A DNA stretch of 32,571 bases, from assembly GCF_001194135.2 (NCBI RefSeq), contig NC_068985.1, forward strand, positions 100,822,246 to 100,854,816, written 5' to 3'. This document shows positions 24,800-32,571 of the stretch, piece after piece. The first letter of the stretch is position 1. Every line of letters starts with the position of its first letter. This DNA comes from Octopus bimaculoides. Its lineage: Eukaryota. Position numbers and translations under genes: made by a program. The notes beneath the pieces are model-generated. The model had not been told where the DNA came from. It saw nothing but the letters and a program-made list of their open reading frames with translations, and ran no database searches.

Positions 24800-26125
24800 A
24801 CGATGCCCTGCAAACTATCGGTTTTGGGCTCCACCAGAAGTGCACCATCACGGTCTAAAACTACAGATCACCCTGTTGGGAGTTTCACTCCGCTGAGCAT
24901 AGTGATTTATTTGCTTTCAGTAACAGAGTCGGACGTTTCAAACAAGCTTTCGAACCACTCAGAAGTTTCTCGCGCTCGCTTTTCCTTGCCATACCTCATT
25001 ATTAATGATTATTCCACATCGCATGTCCTCTCAAACGGCGAAAGAACTACTGTGGGGTCAACGGCCAATTCAACAAGTGCCTTGTCGCTGTGAAATACTT
25101 GTGTGCTCCATTGACTCGGAGAGCTATGCTGGAGGAAGAGAAATCTTCAGGAAGGTCTTACCAGGCCAGACAGGTCGAAGGGTAGGAGACAGACAAAACG
25201 TTAACGACAAAATATCGAAATGTCAGCAGCAGGGCATGGATTTAGTTATCGGCAGGATCTAGCAGATCAGATTGCTGGATTTGGACCAGCAGGATGTTAT
25301 GCAGAGGACTTTGAATACAAAACAATGGATGAGAACCTAATATTCCTAGTTAGATGGAAACTGCGGGATCACATGGAGCAGCGCCCTGTGACACCTATAA
25401 TAGGCGGAACCCAAACCAATATGAATTCACAGGCTGGCGCGTCCTATGGGACGATCTAGATGAAATGAGATGTCTTGAAGCAACTCACCAGGGGACTCAC
25501 CCAATTTCATTTCAGATGCTACGGTTCACCATTGCGAGGGTCTCATAGGAAAAATAATTCTTCCCGGTTCAACTTTTGAAAGCAATACTTTCCTAAACAG
25601 ATTTAGATGAGCTGCTTGAGTTGTGGACGCTTTGGGCAAGGGCATTTGGCGCTGCCGTGATTTGTTCAGAAGGACAAACATCCAGATCTTTAGGTCACTT
25701 TTATTCTCTGTTATGTTCTTTTGTTGTAAGACTTGTACAATGTCCAGAGTTCTTAGTAGCCGTCTGATAAATTTTGTTATCAGGACGCTTTGCAGTATTA
25801 TAGGTTACCCTTTGTTGGTTTTCGTATCCAACAAATGACTCAGCTCTAAAACAAGGATGCATCCTAACATTTGCATGATTCTGGAGCACCAGCTCAGATT
25901 GTTTGTCCATGCTGCTCGATTTTCTGAGTTACGACTTATTTACTGTATTCTCTTCAGTGAAAATCTGACTCTGTTCACAACTGGTGTTGGACCAATATAC
26001 GCCACATGCTCATAACAGATCTGATGATATCTCGCATAGATGGCGAATGGCTGGGATCGTGCTTTACGGCTCGCCAGTGGCGAAACTGTAATATGCCGAC
26101 AAATGCTGACACACACACACACACA
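24800..26125 (+). mobile_element. 5'-truncated decayed RTE-clade LINE (RT to 3' end) with (CA)n tail
   Basis: Collinear motifs FTPLSI, MDLVIGRI, DFEY..DE.LIF, LRFT, DALGKGIWRCRDLFRRTNIQIFRSLLFSV...RTLCSIIGYPLLVFVSN and HQLRLFVHAARF match the RTE RT C-terminus (~TKxxxFRSLVxxVLxYGCETW; QLRxFGHxAR). Confidence 0.82.
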
Positions 26126-26209
26126 CGTGTACATAATTATGCATGTAAAAAGTTGTCAGATAACATCCTTTCTATTTTCCATTTTTTAATCGTTATAATT
26201 CACTAAACA

Positions 26210-27090
26210 CTTTTACAAAATCAGTCTATAACTTTTCGTCAACCTTCCACAATGTTGTCAATAATTTCACGCTCGGACAGTCGAGATCAGAGTATCTAGA
26301 CAAGAATTTTTCGAACAAAATGTTCAGCTCTACATCGATGTGTCCTGAAACGCAACAATCCTAAGGAGGTATATCTTCCGATTATGGTTGATACAGTAGA
26401 AATTCCTAACAAATGTTTTGAGTATAATATAATTATTTTGTCAAGTTAGCGTCATGTGTTAGAGTGTTGAAGTATTGAAGTAGTGTGCCATATCGTTTTA
26501 GCTGGATTGTCTATCCAGTGAAGGCAACGACCAACGTTATCATGGGAACAACATTTGTGTTAGGCCAAATCCTTGGTGGGTTGGCGTAGATCTTCATCAC
26601 TGAATTCCTTCAGAGAATCCTCCGCATCTGGGAGACATTGTTGAGACACATAACCTAGTGATTAGAGTAGCGGAATTGCGGTCGAGGGATCGCGGGTTCG
26701 ATTCTCAGACCGGGTGATGTGTGTGTTAATGAGCGGAACACCTAATGGCGAACTTCTGCTGACTCATTCGCCACAGCTTTCTGTAAATTTTTCCTCCTGC
26801 ATCTAGCAGCTAACCTGTGACGGCCCGGAGTCCCGTCCAGCTGGGGAACTTATACACCGATGAAACCGGGAAACGGGCCCTTATGAACCAGGCATGGCTC
26901 GAGAAGCAATAAACAACAACAGCATCTCGGAGACATTATGATGTAAAATTTCTCCTTCAGAAACGAAAACCACTTCTGTGGATTTGTTTCAGTCATAACG
27001 CCTTCTACGTAGGGAGTATGAATATCAGGATTATCCTTAGCAGCTGTAGAAACTTCACTGAATACGAAGACACGCAGGTATCATAAACGT
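26210..27090 (-). mobile_element. Decayed R4/Dong-like non-LTR element C-terminus, interrupted by a SINE
   Basis: Minus-strand motifs AAKDN (~AAQDQ), SPRC, HDNVGRCLHW (~RHDxVxxxxHW) and HIDVELNILFEKFLSRYSDL..LWK (~IDV...EKxxKYxDL...LW, restriction-like endonuclease). Confidence 0.68.
26640..26921 (+). mobile_element. Full-length tRNA-derived SINE (family C) with 16-bp target-site duplication
   Basis: A box CCTAGTGATTAG, B box GGTTCGATTC, (AAC)n tail; flanked by GCATCTGGGAGACATT (26624-26639) and GCATCTCGGAGACATT (26922-26937). Confidence 0.92.
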
Positions 27091-27324
27091 TATTTTTTTT
27101 ACTATTTTGCTGCTCCTTCATGATATGCTTCCAAAGAGGAAAGATGTATTCAAATGAGGAACGGAAATTGTAATGAAAATACAAAGCTACAAGGGAAAAA
27201 ATCCAATAAAATACGACGATAGAAATGTTTTTCGTGTTAATGCAAAAAAAAAAACATTGGACAGAAGCGAAGGAATATATCTACAACCCCATTATGTCTG
27301 GATATATTTATATTCATATATGCA

Positions 27325-27370
<46 letters not shown>

Positions 27371-28621
27371 TGTGTGTGTGCGTGTGTGTTTGTATACACA
27401 CATACATATATATATATATAAACATTCGCATACATACAACACACAATATATATATTGACGAAAGATGATTTCTTAGGAATGCATGCTTAGGAAATATAAA
27501 TGAACACACCAATATGCAACTCGCGTTATGTTATGCTATCAAACAAACTCGCGCATTTTGACAACCATTATAGAAGCTTACACACATAAATATATGTGTG
27601 TTTACTTACAAACACATGTGTGTGTGTGTGCTTATATGCGTGTGTGTGTGTGTATACACGCATATGAATATGTGTGTTTAAGATTGCTCACAAGATTGTG
27701 TTTGTGTGCATATTGGTTTAATATTGCAATATAATGGTGAACTGCGTGTATGTAGTTTATATTTCCTAAACATACATTCCTACTATATTATCTTTCGACA
27801 ATAGTTTATGAAAGACATTTGTGGCATCTACATTTTTAAAGCATTTTCTCTGTACATATAAATAATTTTCTTTATACATATTTCTTGTGCAGAGTGTCAG
27901 TCTAGTCTGACATGCTCATAGTTTCAAATAGAATATCTTCACCTTTCTAAAAGAAAGTATGTTTCTTTTCTTATTTCTACATGAATGGCATAAATGTTCG
28001 TTTTTCTTTTACAGTTTTATAAAGGTTTTTATTAATGCCGTGACTTTTGTATTGCAGTGCTATTATAAGTTTGTGGTTTGTGCACAAAGCTCATTTTATG
28101 TGTATATATTTTTAAATATAAATCCTGAATATATATTTTTTATGTCTTAAAGACATGTGATGTTCGGAAGTGTGATAAGCGTCTTTTAGGCTTTCATTGA
28201 TAATATAGTCAGTGTTATTTTCTGTGTAGAGATTTCTCCATGTATATGTTAAAGTTTTCCTTCATAAAAATTTGTGAGCGTTTCATGTACGTTGTAAGGA
28301 ATAAACGTTTAGAGGTGTTTCATGAACAGTAAGATGTAAGATTGTAGTCAGTGATGCTTCATGAAAATATTCATAGATATCAGAAATATGTCTGCGTAGT
28401 GAATTTTTCATTCGCTCGGCGTTGTTCATGTCATGCTGCTGCGGTTTTTGGCCTACTATATCTGTGCAATTATAACTTACGAAATCAGTAGTATAAAGTT
28501 TGGGCATCATTTAACTGCCTTAACATGCAGTTCGTGCACATATAGATTACCCCTTACTGGAGTATAAATTAATCGGTATAATTGCCATGCAAACTCTAAA
28601 TTAATTTAAAATAGCAATGAA

Positions 28622-28670
28622 ATAATCTGTAAGTGACTGACGTATACATTGTCAGTCACTTACAGAATAT
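28622..28670. repeat. Short perfect hairpin
   Basis: TCTGTAAGTGACTGAC (28626-28641) and GTCAGTCACTTACAGA (28651-28666), 9-nt loop. Confidence 0.92.
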
Positions 28671-29354
28671 ATATCTTAACGTGATTGACTAATAGCTATA
28701 GATCTGATTTCCAATGAATATAAATATGTTTATCAAATAATCATATGCTATACATATTTTCTACCCTTTTGTTTGATTTACACTCGCATATTTCTCATTT
28801 CAATATCATGTTATTTGCATAAACTCAGTAGACTTATTAATCAAATAACAATTACTCATTTTACATCTTTAAACATACTCACATATGTTTATACACGCAC
28901 ATGCACAAACACTAATACACACATACACGCACACACGAATACATGTATACTTATCATTGAATCCAGTACAATGTCGTTCATTCTCGGGTGGTGGCCACCA
29001 AACCGTCACACTCGCTAGGCTCGCTTGTTGAGGAGGATTCCTTAAAATTCAGCAGCACTAACTCTAGCACGAATCGTCGGAAACACCAGGCTGGTGACCG
29101 GCGTACTCAAAGACCAATGAAAGAGAACCACCCTTTAGCTTTTACTAAGGTATGTCCATAGGAGTAAGCCAATCAAATATAAAACCAGATGTGAAACATC
29201 GAATATAACTATTGGAAGACCCCATTTTGCTTACACTAACGGTGAATTAATGGATGATTAAAATTTCACCGTTTAGTAATTCTGCAATTCGTCTCCCAAA
29301 GGGCACACACGATTTAGATTTCAGAAATAGTACGCTACTCAATAATCAATATAT

Positions 29355-30203
29355 NNNNNNNNNNNNNNNNNNNNNNNNNNNNNNNNNNNNNNNNNNNNNN
29401 NNNNNNNNNNNNNNNNNNNNNNNNNNNNNNNNNNNNNNNNNNNNNNNNNNNNNNNNNNNNNNNNNNNNNNNNNNNNNNNNNNNNNNNNNNNNNNNNNNNN
29501 NNNNNNNNNNNNNNNNNNNNNNNNNNNNNNNNNNNNNNNNNNNNNNNNNNNNNNNNNNNNNNNNNNNNNNNNNNNNNNNNNNNNNNNNNNNNNNNNNNNN
29601 NNNNNNNNNNNNNNNNNNNNNNNNNNNNNNNNNNNNNNNNNNNNNNNNNNNNNNNNNNNNNNNNNNNNNNNNNNNNNNNNNNNNNNNNNNNNNNNNNNNN
29701 NNNNNNNNNNNNNNNNNNNNNNNNNNNNNNNNNNNNNNNNNNNNNNNNNNNNNNNNNNNNNNNNNNNNNNNNNNNNNNNNNNNNNNNNNNNNNNNNNNNN
29801 NNNNNNNNNNNNNNNNNNNNNNNNNNNNNNNNNNNNNNNNNNNNNNNNNNNNNNNNNNNNNNNNNNNNNNNNNNNNNNNNNNNNNNNNNNNNNNNNNNNN
29901 NNNNNNNNNNNNNNNNNNNNNNNNNNNNNNNNNNNNNNNNNNNNNNNNNNNNNNNNNNNNNNNNNNNNNNNNNNNNNNNNNNNNNNNNNNNNNNNNNNNN
30001 NNNNNNNNNNNNNNNNNNNNNNNNNNNNNNNNNNNNNNNNNNNNNNNNNNNNNNNNNNNNNNNNNNNNNNNNNNNNNNNNNNNNNNNNNNNNNNNNNNNN
30101 NNNNNNNNNNNNNNNNNNNNNNNNNNNNNNNNNNNNNNNNNNNNNNNNNNNNNNNNNNNNNNNNNNNNNNNNNNNNNNNNNNNNNNNNNNNNNNNNNNNN
30201 NNN
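29355..30203. other. Assembly gap (others: 3325-3334, 3891-4093, 13018-13233, 16299-16439, 17995-18113, 31546-31791)
   Basis: Runs of N, mostly flanked by microsatellites. Confidence 0.99.
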
Positions 30204-30307
30204 ATATATTCACAAAGCGGAGAAAAAAGACAAGTTAAAAAATAACAACGTGAGGATGTAGCACATGTAAAGTATTAATAAGACGCTCCGAGAAGCAAAA
30301 CATTGGC

Positions 30308-30344
30308 TGTTTTAGGTTTCGAGCATAGCTCTTCTTCGGAAACA
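30308..30344 (-). ncRNA. Minimal type I hammerhead-like fold, CCGA core variant
   Basis: Minus strand UGUUU-CCGAAGA-A-GAGC-uau-GCUC-GAAAC-CUA/AAACA: perfect 5-bp stem I and 4-bp stem II. Helix III ACCU is one change from the palindrome ACGU. Confidence 0.62.
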
Positions 30345-30479
30345 TGAAACATAGGATAGTCGAAAAGAAAAGGAAGAAGAAAGTAAAATGAATCACCAAA
30401 AGTCCACGTGTAGGTACATCTAAGAAATTACCGAAAGGACAAAGAGAAAGTGATTTCTGAGAAAGAAGAGTGCGAAGTA

Positions 30480-31020
30480 TGGGTGGTATCTTTGTATACG
30501 TGCGTGTGCGTGCGCGTGTGTATCGTAGCATGTATGTGTATGATAGCGTGTATGTGTATATAGCGTGTTTGTGTGAGAGTAGCTTAGTGTGTGTGCATAT
30601 CTGCGTGGTATCATGTGCGTGTGTGGTGGTAACTGAGTGTGTGTCCGCATGCGATTGCATGTGTGCGTGTGGTGGAAACAGTGTGTGTAACATCGTAATG
30701 AGGGATCAGCAGCTACAGTGTCAGGTATGCGTATGAGTAGGCGTGTCAGTGTGTGTGTATGTTTTTGTACGTGTGCGTAGATGGAATTCTTAATAGTGCG
30801 ATCGGTCAGTCTAAAGTGTGTGTGTGAGAGGCAGTGTGCAGCAGCCTGAAGTGGGTGCGTGTGGTTCTGAGTGTTTTGGCATCTATAGGTGGACAGATTG
30901 AGAATGTGTACATGTGTGAGTGTGCGGGTCTATGGGAACGTGTGTTTCGATATTTGTGTGTCATTCTGTCGCTCAGTATAAATGTGTAAATGTGCACTTA
31001 TGTCTGTGTGTCACTCTGTT
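30480..31020. repeat. Highly degenerate (TG)n-rich tract
   Basis: Direct observation. Confidence 0.75.
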
Positions 31021-31160
31021 GCTCCCTCTCTCAGTATATATACTTAAATTAAAATAATATGGGTGAAAAATTGAATATCAATTTGATTAATATCAATTTA
31101 AAACTAATGGCCTACGATATTGAAAAATCTGAAGATTCAGAAGAATTATATTACGTACAT

Positions 31161-31521
31161 ATAAGAGGGATGACCACTAAGTGGACATCCATTATGCTAG
31201 AAGAAGACCACCTATTGTCTGTGAACTAAGAAAAGATTGTTCTGAAGAAACTTCAGCAAACGTCTCGTGTATAGTTCTGCATTTATATTGCAAGGACAAT
31301 CACACTGAAGAATTGCGGACAATTACGTAAGTAATTACTTAAGTGTTCACAACACAACTGGTCTATGATTAATCTTTATATTTTGCATTTTCCATGTGTC
31401 TTGCTCGCTTACGCTCAGGCGTTTGCTGAATTTTCTTGAGAACAACATTTTCTGAGTGGTCAGAGCATAGGTGTTCTTCTTCTAGCATAATGGATGTCCA
31501 CTTAGTGGTTATCCCTCTTAT
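31161..31521. mobile_element. MITE, about 360 bp, with about 105-bp TIRs
   Basis: ATAAGAGGGATGACCACTAAGTGGACATCCATTATGCTAGAAGAAGA at left is the near-perfect reverse complement of the right end; similarity continues to TTCAGCAAACG. TA at both flanks. Confidence 0.92.
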
Positions 31522-32533
31522 ATATATATATATATATATATATATNNNNNNNNNNNNNNNNNNNNNNNNNNNNNNNNNNNNNNNNNNNNNNNNNNNNNNN
31601 NNNNNNNNNNNNNNNNNNNNNNNNNNNNNNNNNNNNNNNNNNNNNNNNNNNNNNNNNNNNNNNNNNNNNNNNNNNNNNNNNNNNNNNNNNNNNNNNNNNN
31701 NNNNNNNNNNNNNNNNNNNNNNNNNNNNNNNNNNNNNNNNNNNNNNNNNNNNNNNNNNNNNNNNNNNNNNNNNNNNNNNNNNNNNNNNNNNTATATATAT
31801 ACGTGTGTATACGTGTGTACGTGCGTGATTATGTGTGGACAAGTGCGCGTTGTGTGTGCGTGTGTTGTGTGTGGACTGTGTTGTGTGTCAGGAGTGTTTG
31901 GTGTTTCTGGTTTGTGTGGTCTGTGTGGTGTGCATGGAGTGTATATGTGTGTATGTGTGTGAGGTTGCGTCGTGTTTGACGTGTGTCGGATGGGGAGTAC
32001 AGTATGAGAATATAAAATATAAAAATTAATGCAATTTCTAAAAAAAAATAGATGGTGTAGGATAAATAATACATAAAAAAATTGGCATTGTAAAAACCTA
32101 GAGGCAAAAGATGATGTGAGCAAGTCTGAAACAGGAATAAATAAAAGAATTAAAAATACAATTAAATAGTAATTAATAAGAAATAAAAATGTAAAAAAAA
32201 TTAAAGTATTAGAGACATAAAGAAAAACATTAAAAACATTGGAAAATCGGAATACACAAATAAATAGGAATAACAAAAAAAATTTAAATTAAAAAAAATA
32301 TGGAAATAATCGGAATGAACGAATAATAAATATGCGATTAAAAGTATAAACGATAAAAAAATTCAAATAACCGAAAAAAGTAAAAGAAATGTTAAAAAAT
32401 GTTAGTGTAAATTTTGTTTCTAAGAACATTGTAGCGACAGACATTGAGAGGAAGGGGCTGTGCTGAGTCCGATAGGAGTTTAAGTATACATAGTGTAAAT
32501 GTAACGCTATTCTATGCGGAGTCTAGAGTTGTA

Positions 32534-32571
<38 letters not shown>

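Noticed and set aside
29054-29200. Possible exon (AAG|GTATGT) and CCAAT/TATAAAA promoter
   Set aside because: Weak acceptor, unrecognisable peptide, and CCAAT-TATA spacing of only 4 nt is atypical.
29254-30261. 335-aa and 292-aa ORFs
   Set aside because: Almost entirely an N gap.
31800-32410. Strongly strand-skewed TG-rich then A-rich tract and 252-aa ORF
   Set aside because: Low complexity next to a gap; likely a noisy contig end, no coding signature.

Overview
AT-rich, microsatellite-dense, gapped eukaryotic genomic DNA. The SINE and MITE families point to an octopod cephalopod (inference from recalled repeat families, no database search). No intact protein-coding gene is supportable; the supplied ORFs are mostly microsatellite or N-gap read-throughs. 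The window is a transposon graveyard: at least four tRNA-derived SINE types, decayed non-LTR remnants (CR1/L2/Jockey-like, RTE-like, R4/Dong-like), a decayed Penelope-like reverse transcriptase, Tc1/mariner ends and MITEs. The main unexpected signal is a set of minimal type I hammerhead-ribozyme (HHR) folds in apparently unrelated repeats. One is near-canonical (2251-2298, minus), two carry a CCGA core variant (10332-10378 plus; 30308-30344 minus), and two are partial cores, one downstream of a tRNA-like head. Together with the Penelope RT remnant, this suggests ribozyme-bearing Penelope/retrozyme-type elements. Two short plus-strand segments with strong splice signals may be UTR or lncRNA exons. 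All alignments and folds were done by eye.
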